From contig JBHGNT010000006.1 of NCBI GenBank assembly GCA_043228905.1, positions 2,852,001-2,916,000 on the forward strand: DNA of 64,000 nt. Reading direction: 5' to 3'. This DNA is from Azolla caroliniana. Its lineage: Eukaryota; Plantae; Polypodiophyta. Each line of letters begins with the position of its first letter. Position 1 is the stretch's first letter. Below the pieces are notes generated by a model that ran no database searches, was not told where the DNA came from, and was given only the letters and a program-made list of their open reading frames with translations. Below, one piece after another: positions 48,401-61,984 of the stretch. The position numbers and the translations under genes are program-made.

Positions 48401-51400
48401 GCCCGACCGACTCATCCTTGTCCTCCACCGGACATCCTTTGATCAGGACGTCGTCCAGAAACGGCATGGTGATGTCCGGGATGCTGTCCCTCAACACCTT
48501 GTTCATCGCATTCACCATGTGCGCCACTGAGTTCGTTCCCCCTTGCGGTGGAGTACACATCGGAACTAGGCCAAGAGGAGTCTGCATCGTCATGATATCC
48601 TTGCTCTCTACGGCTAGTTAGAACTAATCATACCCTGAGTAGAGATCCCCGACCGAGTAGATCGACCTCCCTGCGAAGGCCTCTGCGAACTCGTCAATGG
48701 TCGGTCTGATGCCTGCATTTTGAATGGTCACCTTGTTGACCGGCTACAGGTCCTGTATGAAGCGCTGCGTGCCATTCTTCTTTGGCACGATAAACTACCG
48801 ATTCGAATATGGGGTACTCGATGGTTTGAGGATGCCCATCTCCACCTTCTGTTTCAGCAGCTCCATCAGCTCTGGAATGTGAGCTCTAGGCACCGGAATT
48901 GGTTTGAGATTCCACAATACATGCGGTACCGTGAAGATCACCATTGGTTCTACGATCGTCGGGTCCACGCACCCAATCTCCTCCGGCGAGAATGTGAAGG
49001 CCTTCCTGTGCTTCCTGAGCATCCTCCAAAACCGGTCCTCCTTCGCCGGCAGTAGAAACCCACCCTCACCAACCTTGACCTCCCGTAGCGTTATGTCGGT
49101 GAACCGTTGTCCTATGTCAGCCGGATTCCGTAAGCTAGGGTCCGACGCGACCTCTTATCCATTCTTCCCTGCCCTCCGGCAAGGGTGTCGCGACGGGCCT
49201 CACCTTCCAGTCCATAGTCTTGTACTTCGTATTTACGTAGGTTGTCGAACCCGGCCTGATCTTTTCCCCGAAGTTCACGATGACTTCGTACATCTCCACC
49301 GAGGTAACTGGAATTGTCCGGTCTTCGCTAAGGCCCTCATCAACTACACCGCATAGCTCTCCCAAGGTGTCATCAAACGAGACCGCCTCCACTGCGCCAC
49401 TAATTTCCTCATCAGGGTGGAGAGCCCCGCATGACTTGAGCCGCTCTTCCACCTTCTTCTTCTCCCTACCGCCAATGCCGGTTAATGTACAACCTCCGTT
49501 GTCAAAGAGCCAAAATATCCTACTTATGGTACAGGTGTGGGGTTCCTCCGGCGCGTCCAGACTATTGCGGCCCCATGCCTTGATAGCCCTCTTTAAAAAT
49601 CCCCTCGGTTGTCACCGCCGAGAGTCTCGCAGTTACGCTCATGATTCAGTCTTACGGTCAGAAATTGAACGGAGTGTCGTCCGTCTTGGCTCTTCACACG
49701 CGCGTATGCTGAGTCGTTGTCGAGCACCTTTGTCTCCATGCGTGATGTCGTGATGTATGGTTCGCCGAGTATCACTGGGTGTGAGGACGTCTCTTGCACA
49801 AAAAAGTGTTGGTCTATCTCGACATCGCCGATCTTCACGCGTACGTTCGGGCACGCCCCGTGCAACTCCTCCGTAGCGCGGGTCGCCGCGCGTATCTTCC
49901 AGTCGTGTTTGGTGTTGATCGGCCATTTCCCCTTTTTGTAAAAGTCCATGGACATCAGATTGATCTCGGACCCATGGTCTATCAGCGCCACTACCGGCTC
50001 TTGCACATCCCCGATCCGAACAGGGGTCTCGGTAGTGGCTCTGGCCTAGTGTAACTTAGAATAATGGCTTTCCACCAACTCGTCCTCCAGGGCCGCATCC
50101 TCTAAGTGCGTAGTCCGCACCTCTACGGGCTTCTCCGGTTCCGGTTCCGCGGAGAGCCGTTTGCGCTTCACCAAGTCCACAATGGAGTCGTGGAACTCCT
50201 TCTTGATGATTCCAAGCACCTCCCTCAGCGACAGCTCCACCTTGCTGTCGAGGATCCTCTCTTCGAGGACCTTCCGCAGGTCCATTGTTCTTTCTATCTC
50301 GGTGCTCAGCCGGTACCCGGCAAGCTTGGCCTTGTCCGGTATGCCGGAATTGCCAACGTCACTCTTTTTTGGGCCGAACCGGGTGTCGTACCATTGCGAG
50401 GGACCGGCCCCTCTAGCCTTTCCCATGCACTTGTCTTCTACCAGAACCTCGTAGTTCTAGCATGCAGCCTCTTCGACCAGGTCATCCCACCTGGTGACCT
50501 CTTGGATCCGCTGCTCCACGCTTTTCCGCTTCTTCCTTCTTTAATCGGACTCCGGAGAGGCCTTCCAGCACCAGTGGCCAAAACCCGAAGTGGCTTGCCT
50601 CCTGTCTTTCGTTGCCCCCGACCCGGATTCCTGCCGATGCCGCATAATTCACGGCGTCAATGTGACGCGCGGCGGCCTCTTCCATCAGCCTCTTCATTCC
50701 GCCACGCCCAGTATTCAATTCCAGGATTTTCCGACTCTCGTTTGCGTGCACCCGCCCATTCCAGAGGTACACCGTGTTAGTTCTAAGCGCGTCTGCAAAA
50801 TCCGCGCAGTCTCTCCGGTCATGGCCGACTGCATCGCACCATATGCATCGATGTCCTGCCGGTGGTCTTCGATCGCGAGGTTGGTCGCCGTTGTCCCACC
50901 GTGCTTGCGCAATCTGGAGGTCGCGCACCATTTGCGTCAACTCCTCCAGCGCCGCTCCTCTGGAGGGACCCTTGACCACGTTGCTTGACGTCGACCCCGT
51001 CTCAAGCCAGTTTCGGGTTTCTTCTTGTCGTGCCGGCGAAGGATCCTCGAATTGCCTTGCCGGGACGGGCCTTGCTGTCGTCGACCCTTCCTCACTCCAT
51101 TCCCGCCATTTGTCAAAACAATTGCAGACTCCTTTAACCACGGCTCAGTCAGTGGTGAGGCCTACCTTCTCTCTGTCCAACGCGTCAACCGTTTTGACGA
51201 ACAGCAATACCTGGCTTGTATCGAGCACGGTCCGGTCCAACACTGATAACCGCGCGAACCGCGTTTCGAATTCCCAGAGGAGCACCAATGTGCTCCTCCC
51301 CTTCCCAGGGCTTTCGACCCATGCCATGAAGTCCCATTTCGACAATCGAAGCGAGTCGTCGAACCCATACCTTTCGAGGAGCCGCTCCCTGAAAACCTCC

Positions 51401-52367
51401 CATGTCTGGCATCCGGCCAGCACCTCGAGCACCTCTACATGGATGCTCGGCGTCACCACTCGAGGGAATACGGACAACCGTCTGTCTTCAAGGATGTCCC
51501 TCATGATCATCTCGGCCCGATAGGCCTCTAAATAGCTCGTGGCGTTCTTACCACCGAATCGGCCTATGGTGCTGACGATCGATTCTATGGCTCTGTCGAG
51601 GGTACTCGTTCCCTCATGAGCGCTCACTAGCCAGTCAACGGCTACCGCCATAGCTTCAACAAGCTCAGATCCCCTCAGCTTCAACACCTTTGCCATCTCT
51701 TTCACGTCGGGTTCACCAAATTATGTCGCGTTGCTTTGCTTTTGCGTGTGAAACGAGACGGGATTGTGGGGGCCCTGAACCAAGGAACGTGAGAGAGAGA
51801 AGAAAGAGTGTTTGCTGAAACACGGAGAAAGAGAGAGAGACAAACAGAGGATTCGATTATAACGCCAATAACGATTACAACTGGCAAGCCGGCGACAGAC
51901 CCAACTCGGGGTTCCACGCACACACACAAGCGGCTCTCGCCAACATAGAAACGCGAAAAGGGGAAAAAGGGGCCTCTACCGGAAGCACACGGGCTATCCA
52001 CGACGCAGAGGCAACGAACTCCAAAACCTGTAGAGGATGATGGGAGGAGGAATAGTGAGCGCTCGGTACCCAGTCTGTCAGCACTTCGTCCTCGCTAAAC
52101 CACGATACTCGTTTCTTCTTCTCCCTTCCTTTATATATAGGTCGTCGAGGAGACATCGTTCTCTCTCAGTCATGTCCCTTTATTCTCTGTCCCTTCGGAC
52201 AAAGATACGCATCAATTTCCTAATAAATATGTCATACCTAGTATATTTACATCAGCCATCCTAATCATAATTATATAATAGTTGTCTATTCACATGCCCA
52301 CACATGTAAGGTTTGGTTCGTACATGATTCCTCTTGATTCCTCCTAGGGGCGGTTTTCTCTGCGACA
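45413..52367 (-). mobile_element. Full-length but degenerate non-chromovirus Ty3/gypsy element (Phygy/Selgy-like), tRNA-Trp primed
   Basis: LTRs 45413-46055 and 51724-52367; PPT 46056-46065; PBS 51701-51718; gag CIWCDAVGHDRRDC, PR LIDHGSEIN, RT PQG...FLDD, RH, INT ADRGE...VERGH, FGPY. No matching TSD. Lineage name is tentative. Confidence 0.92.
51701..51718 (-). other. Primer binding site complementary to the 3' end of plant cytosolic tRNA-Trp
   Basis: The + strand reads TTCACGTCGGGTTCACCA, the tRNA-Trp(CCA) 3' end as I recall it; an identical PBS is at 42503-42520. Confidence 0.85.
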
Positions 52368-55201
52368 CTGTTACAACTTGTTACATCATCTTTATTCTCT
52401 ATCTGGTTCCTTCTTGGCCGGTTCGGTCTTCATTGCCGAAGGACCATCATTTTCCTTTCCGGAGTCGGATCCGCTCCAATCTAACTCATCATTACCGGTT
52501 TCATAATCCGACATCTTCTTCTTCCCCTTCTCTTTACGAGTGAACCGTCTCCTCGGTTCCTTGCGCGGGGAGAGCACGGCAAAGTCTCCACTACTCGTCG
52601 ATTCCTCATCCGACTGGTCATCCCGACTCAGTCGCTCATGCGGTTCACTTAACCGAAATGAGATCAGACGCTCTTCTAGAGTGCCAAGGTCTTCATCTTC
52701 TATCTAGACCAGTTCAGGCTCACTAGCCTCATCCTTCGGTATCGGGTCGGGGTCGGAAGTCAGAGCCGGTAAGGCATACCATGATACCGTCTCATCAAAC
52801 TTAACATCCCTACTAACTCAGACCTGCTTCATTCGGGGGTTATAACACTTATACCCCTTTTGATCATGCGAGTAACCGACCAGGATGCATTTCTCTAACT
52901 TTGCATCCAACTTCCTCTGCTTCTCATCCGGCACATGCACATATGCAATGCTACCGAATATACGAAGGTGTCTCAAATTCGGCTTGCGCCCGAAATATAG
53001 CTCATGCGCTAACACCTTGTAACCGATCCGGTTTTGGATGTAGACGATCGTCTAGACCGCCTTCGCCCAGTAGAAATGGGGCAAGCTCCTCTCTTCCAGC
53101 ATTGCCCTTGTCGCGTCAACAATCGACTGGTTCTTCCCCTCGGCTACACCATTCTGTTCTGGTGTGTATCTATAGTTGAACTCTCGCCGAATTCCTATTT
53201 GTTGTAGATAATTGTTGAATTGGCCGGAAAAATATTCTTTTTCGCCATCCGACCATAGGCACTTGATCTTCCTCTCTATTTCCCGTTCAACCAGGCTTTG
53301 TAGGTTCCGGAAACACTCGAAGACTTCGCTCTTCTGCTCAATGAGGTAGATCCATGTGTGCCGGCTGTAGTCTTCGATGACGGAGATGAAATATTGACTC
53401 CCGCCAAGACTCACGTTCTGTGTCGGTCCCCATTCATCCGAATGAATAAGGTCAAGCTTGTTACGGCTACGGTTTCGTTCGGTGGGGAATGGAAGCCGGT
53501 GTTGCTTCCCGAGTTGGCAGGCTTCACATATCTGGGCCTTCCAGCCATTGAACTTCAGCAAACCAAAAACAACTTGTTTCATTTGCAGGTCTTGAAGCCT
53601 CCGATAATTGACATGGTTGATCCGCTTGTGCCAAAGATCAATATCTGATTCAATCTTCTGTCCTATGGCGAATAAAGCGGTGCCGACGTCATTGGTATCG
53701 AGGATGAACATCCTCCCGTCTCTGCGCCCTTGCGCAATGATTTGGCCCTCTTCCTCGATGAAACACCCGAGGTGCATAAACCGCACCTGCATTCCCTGGT
53801 CGACAATCTGTCCAACCGACCACCAGGTTCTTTGTGATGGTCGGAACGTGTAATACGTTCATCAGGTTCCCCCTCTGTCCGACGTGGCTCAAAGGGACTT
53901 CTCCGATATGCACGATAGGGTGTGGAGTGTCGTCTCCGGTTTCAACAACTCCTAGTTGTTCCGGTTTCTCCAAGAAGGAGAACCACTCTCTGTGGCTCGT
54001 CATGTGATTTGACGCACCAGAATCAATGTACCATACTTCCTCCGATTTGGAAGTGTTCTTCTTCATCGAATTTGCCTCGTGCTTCATCACCAAGGTTGGC
54101 CCCTTATCGGTCTTCCCGGTTCTGGATCCTTTCGATCCTTGCGCGTAGTGTGAGCTTTGCTGGTTCTCCCAACCAGTTTTGCCAGATCCAGATCTATCCG
54201 AATTGGCGCGCTTCTTCTAGCACTCGCTTTCTCTGTGGCCCTTTTTGCCACAGTACCAACATTCCATGGCGGATTTGTCTTGCCGGCCTCCGACGCCGCC
54301 TTGACTCCCCCTACTTGTGGAAGTCCCGAAACTGTTGTTGGCACGTTCTCTGTGCCTTCTTTCCTGCTCTTGCCGGCCGCCTCTAGTGCGTGCCGACCCA
54401 CCTCGTCCCCCATGCCCACGGGGCCTATCCACCTCCATGTACAACATCTGGTTGTCCGATTGAGTGGTCCTAGACACACTCGCATGGTTTTCTTCAACCA
54501 TCAGCATCGATTGCAAGTCGAAGAAGGTCAATGGTTTCTCCCGGGTGCATATCGTTGTCCGGATTGGCCCGTACCTTTGCGCTAAACCACCAAGGCAGAT
54601 TTGTACCATCTCGTCTTCGTCCACCGTCACGTTGATGGACCCGAGCACACCGCAAATCTCCTTTATTTTGGTGTAGTCCATAACTGACATATCTCTTTGT
54701 CAAATGTTGTTCAGCTCTTGTCGAAGCTGCAACTTACGGGTTGTGGTACTTGCGGCAAAAATCTTACGTAGATTTTCCCAGGCCTCCTTTGGCGTCTTTG
54801 CATCCCTGATGTAGTCAAGCATCTGGTCGTGCACACAGGACACGAGGCAGTATAATACTCGGCTCGCTCCTTGCTCCCATACCGGGAAGTCCTTGTGTCC
54901 AGGCTCTGGTGCTACCTCATTCGTTCCTTCCAGGAAACTCCAATACCCATGCCCCAGTAGGTACTAGTGCATTTTGTATGACCAGGACGCGTAGTTGCTT
55001 CGATCGAGCTTCTCTATAGGAAGTGAACTCGATATACCTCTATCCATTTATTTATTTTTCTATCTATTGTTCTATTCTCACAACCTGTAGAATTTGTCTT
55101 GCGAAAGCAAATGTCGGCTGCAGAGGTCTTCAACCCTCACACTCTGATACCATGTTAAAACGTATGTGCGGAAGCGTAAGACAATAGCTTGGCTGCATAG
55201 C

Positions 55202-55260
<59 letters not shown>

Positions 55261-55648
55261 ATACACAAAATACAGAGAGTACTCGGGAGAGACAAAGAGA
55301 GCAGAACAATTAAATCTATTACAAAACAATAATAGTTCTCTATGTTCATAAAACGTGCTCAACAGCACTATTTACACAAGTCCTAAGAGGACTGACAAAA
55401 GTACCACGTACTTCAATGCTCACTCGAGCATCTGACACTAACTACGAGACTATTAACTACCTAGTAGTCTAGGCTACTACTAGGCTTCCGGTTACTATTT
55501 GTTCCAGCTAACCGGCTCCCCAGCTCACCGGCTCACTTGTTCACCGTCTCGCTGATCCGTCTCACCGATCCGGCTTCATCCTTCCAGATGCAGATCCGGC
55601 TCAGGCTTATTCAACCGATCCGGATCCGGTTGAGCTTTCCGCTCAATA
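52368..55648 (-). mobile_element. Ty1/copia element of a different lineage: 5' LTR, gag, PR, INT; RT-RH absent
   Basis: LTR about 55153-55648 with (GA)n; PBS TGGTATCAGAG 55142-55152 abutting the LTR; CWYCGKKGHRESEC; WYIDSGASNHMT; LWHKRINH...CEACQLGK; TPEQNGVAE. Confidence 0.9.
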
Positions 55649-56451
55649 GGCCCCAATGTAGACCCTAGATGCATTGCTTGTAGAGAGATAGAAAGCATTT
55701 CCCATTGTCTATGGGAATGTCACGAGGCAGTGGCTATATGGGGAAGGGCACTACGTTTGCTTTGCCATGCCTCTAGTTCGTTCACCCTCAACTGGGGACA
55801 TGCTTGCTGGATTTGTCTTGAGGATGATGTGGCGAAATACGATGGCACATGCGATGCTAAGTACAGAGGGGAGAATGGCATTGTGCGGTTTATCACTGAC
55901 AACAGGGTACCTACAACTTGTGCACAGAATCAAAAACTTGGAGATTTTTGGATGTTGCTTGCCCCCATTACTATATGGTATATATGGACAGCAAGGTGTA
56001 CCAGGGTATTTTCAGCACACAAACGCCCCCCTACTAAATCGATTAAGCTAATCTGGCACACATTAATAACTACATTGAGAGCTCAATATGAGCAGATTTA
56101 TGGTACTAATGATGTTGCAGAACTAATGAGGCTGAATTTTCGAAAGCGATGGTGTACAACACTGATGGCCGCAGCAAATGGAATGGATATACTATGGAAG
56201 TATGAAGTACCCAAATGGTTGTTCCCCCCTCCCATTAGATGAACGAGGAGCGTGAAAGACATGGCATGTGGGATAGTGAATGTTGGTGATGTGCATGAAA
56301 GGATGGCTAGAGCCATATGTGAAAGTGTAAGATAAATAAGCAAGATCTCTTGTGTAGGATAGGATAGTCTTGGCTCGGCCTTCCCGAGAAAGGGATCGAG
56401 TTTTATGTATATTTTAACTAAAGGAGTATATTCTTTTTTGGAAAAAAAAAA
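55649..56451 (+). mobile_element. L1 LINE 3' end with poly(A)
   Basis: CIAC...ESISHCLWEC, WYIWTARC, WKYEVPKWLFP; A-tract 56442-56451. Confidence 0.85.
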
Positions 56452-59400
56452 CTAGTAGTCATTGATCACTATGTTTACGGCTCATCCAAAATGGGTTTGA
56501 AGGCCTAACCACATTAGTAAATTTGATGCCAAACCCCCAAACGATTGAGGTATGCAATGATGATCACCTACAACTAGCTTCCAAGAAGACAATCATTGAA
56601 CCATAGTTGTTAAAAAACACATATTGTACGTTTAGCATATGTTTTAGAATATTCTATATTTTATTTTATTTTTTATTTATAGATTATACATTCCATGTAT
56701 TTAAAAAAAGGTAGAATACTCAACAAAACAGATGCATCAAATTTTGGAACAATATCTTTGACATATTGTGTGCTGCCAATTAGATTGTTGGGCTAAAACC
56801 TTACCCTTGCCAAGTTTACCTACAACGTTGTGCACTCCGTGATCAACATGATTCCATTCTTCGCATATTCCATTGTATGTTTTTCCACAAACCAATTCTT
56901 GGAATTTTAGCATTGGGAATATTCGGTAATTAGATGAATAAATCTGTTGGCGTTTTTAGTAAGTTAACTTAAATGCAAGATTTTATTTCTTCCATCCCTA
57001 AACTTTTTCCACTTTTTTCTGTAATGAGGAATAAAGGATGAGCTTGAGTATCAAAACTCAACTACGAGTATGGATCAATGATGAGATCAAACGTAGATTT
57101 TATTTCCTCCATCCCTAAACTTATTTGACTTCTTTAGAATGATGAGGAATAAAAAAAAGAGCTTGAGTACCAAAACTCAACTACAATAATCCACCTTTGA
57201 TCTTATTGGAGCTTTCTTTCTACATATTTTCAACATTGGTCTACCCCTAGGCCTACACGCATCTCTCTTTTGGCCACAATTTGACTACTAAAAATCATGA
57301 ACATTGGCATATGTTTATCAACTTCATAGACGATGTGTGAACATGTTTCATTGAGATCCCATGGGTGGTCATATTTGACCTCCAAGGATGTCACTAAAAT
57401 CTACCTATATATACCGTTCTAATGAATTATTTGTAGCTTTCTTGACCTTTCCATGCTCTCCAATTCATATGTACACAAATATTATCATGGAACATAAGAG
57501 GAACAATTCAACATTGCTTTCCTCTCTTCTAGTTATTGAAAATGTATCTGCATTCATGTTGTACAAATGTGTTGTGAGCGAGGAATGGCAATCTTGATTC
57601 TCAACATTGTGAAACGAATTTTCTTAAGAACATCGGTGGTACCGAAGGTAATGCAATTCAATATAACAGCAATGTTGTCAAGTTGTACTCTGGCAAGTAA
57701 TGTTTTGCTCCTCTCTTTTTATGTGTTGTGTTTACTGGCAAAACAGATATCCCTTCATATTTCTTGATTTATGATAGCACTTTTAGTACTTTCTTGTTTT
57801 TTCTCATTTTTCACATTTTCACTAACAACATTTAAGGTTTTCGTCTTTATTGAAATAATTTGGCAGCAGATGTATAGTATTGAATGCATTGTTTATTGTG
57901 TCAAGAAGTTTCATATATTTAAGGACAAACATCTAACTTGCCAATTATCTCCACTTGATATTGCCTGTGGATATTAGGATTCTTGGCAACTTGTTACCTT
58001 TATTGAAAACGATAAATAAAATTTACAATTCGAATTCCCTCAAAATGCATATGAATCTTAAATTGTCATTATTAATCCGTTCTCAAGCTAGACGAGCAAC
58101 ACATCCTTTGTCCTAATGAGTGAGATATTACTTCTCTATAGGATAGGATAAGTTCAATAAAGTTAGAGGTTGGAGCTCACTCTCATAGACCTTTTCAATG
58201 TGTTATGTTGATGCAAGTTGTAGTTCTTTTCATGTCGTTTATGGGTCTATTATTTCTCAAATGTTGTATCATATACTAATTACGTATGTTGAAATTTCGT
58301 CGTCCCAATTGTTAAATGTATAAGGTAACTTATATGCCAAATTAAATATTACAAGAGTAATCCATAAGTCTCTTTATTCACACTATCAATGGGCATCGCC
58401 AACTTGTTTGCTTGTGTTTTCAACAACCTTGTATCCTATCGCATTGAGTTTTTCTTTTGAGGGATTTCAAAGCACATGTATTTGTATGCACTTACACATA
58501 TCATGTATTACTATCATTACTTTTTTCCTTAATAATCTCTAACATAACCTTTTGCAAGATGACTTAATATCACACACAAGACTAAACATTTGAATGTGTT
58601 CACTTACATTTTTGAACGCCAATCAAATAGGGAGGATTTCAATTATGTTCTCCACTTTGGATGCAAAACTTGAGAATTAGAGTAATACTATATTCAAGTC
58701 TTCCTTTGATCTAAAGATTTTGGAAACTTTATGTTATTGAAGTCACTTTCAGCCACCAAAATGGTTGTTTCCTCGGCCAATCACATAGGACGCAGAACTT
58801 TGTAAATTGTTTACACTAATGAATGGATATCTTTTTTCAAAAAATAAAAAACAAAAGATTATAACCAATAGGAGAACTACCATTGACCAATTCCTCGTTC
58901 TACTTTCAATTCAATAGTTATGTGCTTGAGCTTAATATCATACTACAAATTTGCTTGGTCTCAGAATTTTCAGTCTTTGTTACATGGGAAATGTCATGAA
59001 GCATACAATGTGTATTCTCATATATTTAAGATATCTTCATTTCCGTAACCATGACAAAAAAAATCTTCATTTCCATAACCACGACAAAAAAAAATGGGTG
59101 GTGCATAAAAGTCGTGAATGAGTACAAGTTTGCCAACCATATGACCATTCATATTCATTTTCCTTGGCAATCACAAAGTTGCATGTATATGGAAATAGAT
59201 TTGAGGTTCCTCACCATTAATAGTGTCATGTCTATAAATAAATAAATAAGCTACATTTTGGTGATAAAAAGTTTACTTTAGAATCTCATGAGAATGAGAA
59301 TGAGGTCGTGGGCTCAACCAAAACTTGAGATCCAAAGTAACACAAATTAACCTCTGATATCTCACAACAATTGCACAATTAGTACCACTACATTGAAAGT

Positions 59401-59939
59401 CCCAGGTGATACATATATTTTGTCTAAACATCATTTACTTGCTAATTTTTGTCTACCACGTAAGCAAAAATGAATAATGGGGATCTAAGATATCCCAAAA
59501 AAAACACCATATTTTGTCACTTGACAAATGGAAGAACTTGATACATATATGCATCTAGTACAAGAAAAATGCATATATCAAGTTCTTGTAACAATACATT
59601 TCATATGCATTACAACAAGGACTATACAATAAATACCAAATTGATTATGACGAACATTCGGACAAAAGCATAAATAAATTGAGACAAAAAATGGAATGCA
59701 TGTGCACGCTCAAATTCTCTCTTTAAAAATCAAAAGCAGTTGCATCAAATAGAGAAATGGCATGCATTAAACAAGGTAAACAATACATGGAATGTGCTTA
59801 GAATGAAAAATATGAACTTTATTCGAAAAGGATTGTCTACTAATAAACATAATGCCTTCTGTTTCAGTGAATTTTTCCATTGTCATGGGCATCAAATATT
59901 TCAAGTTCCATGCCAAACAAGAGCATTTGGTTATCAAAA

Positions 59940-61984
59940 GAACTCTCAATGCGGATAGTTGGTGCTATGTATGCACGAGAGGCAAAATCGTCAAGATCCG
60001 TTTTGAAAGAGGCTTGCAGCCCGCATCCCCTAGGTTTCCGAAAATCTGGATGTTGATCGCAGGTTTCACCTTGTGGAATATTTCAAGTTCCATGCCAAAC
60101 AAGAGCATTTGGTTATCAAAAGAACTCTCAATGCGGATAGTTGGTGCTATGTATGCACGAGAGGCAAAATCGTCAAGATCCGTTTTGAAAGAGGCTTGCA
60201 GCTAACCATAGATGGATTGGGGTTTTTTCAAGATTGGAAGTACTCTTGGCTGTTAAGGGTTATTCAAATGATAAGACATACCGGTTGTTTGAGGTGGATG
60301 AAACAAATCAATTGTCTCAGTCCGGGGAAATGGTGATAGATTACCCCTATGCCATTGAGCACAAGATAAGGATAATTGGATATGCCGATCGTAAATGGTA
60401 TATTGATCCAATGATAGAGGAAATAAGGACACATTGGAAGCTGTGGGTGTTAGCTAAAAGACCGGTATTCAGATTAGATTGGGACCCAATTGACTATCAT
60501 TGGACAGATCCTTACACGGGTAACAAGTTCAATTTCTTCCAATATTCTGTACAGTTGGGAAGACATGTACTTTCAGACACACATGATGTGGTACCAGCTG
60601 CATCTCAATATTGGAATCAACAAGGTATTACTCCCCAATTCCTTGCAAAATTCTGGGCTATCTTATGGGCAAGAAAACAGCAACACAAAATATTACATGT
60701 ACAGTGGTTAGTTGTACACAAGGCGTTGCCGGTTGGCACATGGTTGCATAGGATGGGAGTGTCTTCATGTTGTACTCGATGTCATTTACAAACGGAAACT
60801 CAAAAACATTGTTTATGGGAATGCATTGATTCTCAACAGATATGGCAACGGCTCCTTAGAATTTTCGCTAATTATTTTCCCCCGTTGGTTCTCACTTGGG
60901 GCATGGTCGTTTGGACATCACTTGCCCGTGATGTGTTCCATTATGGCATCGAATCTATGGACCATGGGTTTTACACTAAAAATGGAAGTGTTCGTACATT
61001 ATCACTGATGTCATTACAGTTTTCAGGAGTAAGGAAGGAAGTTCAGCCAATATGGGAGATATTGAGTAGTACCACTGTCTATCACATTTGGAAAGCTCGG
61101 TGTTCTCTCGTTTTCCATAATCTGAAAACACCACCTGCTGAAGTGATTTCAAATATTTGGTTAGAGATAGTTCATGCTTTGAAGGGTCAATGGGATGGTA
61201 TAGTGGGAGATTGTGATGCTAAAATTGCTCAACGGCATGAGTTTCTTATTATCTGGACAACTACTCCATTTGTGACATCCAGGTACACTACTCCTTATTG
61301 GCATTTTCAGCCACCGAAATGGTTGTTTCCCCCGCCGATTACATAGAGGTTTAAAATCTTGTAATCTGTTTATACTAATGACAGGATATCTTCTTAAAAA
61401 AAAAAAAAAAAAAGAGGCTTGCAGCCCGCATCCCCTAGGTTTCCGAAAATCTGGATGTTGATCGCAGGTTTCACCTTGTGGAATATATGGAAAGCGCGTT
61501 GCCTCAAGGTTTTCCAAGGTACGATATGGCCCCTGGAGGAAGTGATCATGGACATATGGTTCACGCTTATCAACTGCCTACGAGGGCAACTAGAAGAGGT
61601 TTGCAGCCACTCCAACGACGTGGTCACTGCCCATTTGCGCTTTTGGCAGAAATGGCGGAACACACCTATGGTGATGCAAGGCGGGAGTGGCCCGAGGTGG
61701 AACTACCAGCCCCCACGTTGGTTGTTTCCTACTCACCTGCCACCCTCTCTTCATTGTAGGCCCCAAGAGCCGACTCGTACTAGGCAACATTGAAGGGCAT
61801 CGCCTTGGAAATAGGTAGCTTCTTACATTAAGTTAGGCCACAAGGCATTGTAAGTAGGCTCATCTTTTTTTACTTGATCGGAGGAAGACTCCCCGATGTG
61901 TGTATAAGTCTCCTTGTAGACTCTCTATGTAATAATCCTTCCTAACTAATGGGAAAGTAGCTTCATTTTGAAAAAAAAAAAAAA
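59940..61984 (+). mobile_element. L1 3' fragment B, with a 182-bp tandem duplication and interrupted by L1 fragment A
   Basis: IWMLIAGFTLWNIWKARC...WNYQPPRWLFP; poly(A) 61971-61984; the 5' boundary is approximate. Confidence 0.8.
60203..61413 (+). mobile_element. 5'-truncated L1 fragment A with poly(A) and 15-bp TSD
   Basis: Open 370-aa ORF with CTRC...HCLWEC and WHFQPPKWLFP; poly(A) 61396-61413; TSD AAAGAGGCTTGCAGC at 60188-60202 and 61411-61425. Confidence 0.92.

Noticed and set aside
50106-51523. Long + strand ORFs (224 and 249 aa) as an antisense extra gene of the gypsy element
   Set aside because: GC-rich antisense shadows of gag with no domain signal.
56460-59800. Decayed DNA transposon or gene
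   Set aside because: AT-rich with only short ORFs; no TIR, TSD or motif I can support.
59850-60020. Minus-strand exon with EF-hand-like LEIFDAHDNGKIH
   Set aside because: Much of the + strand aligns with L1 ORF2 C-terminal sequence and the region is part of a tandem duplication; no supporting exons.
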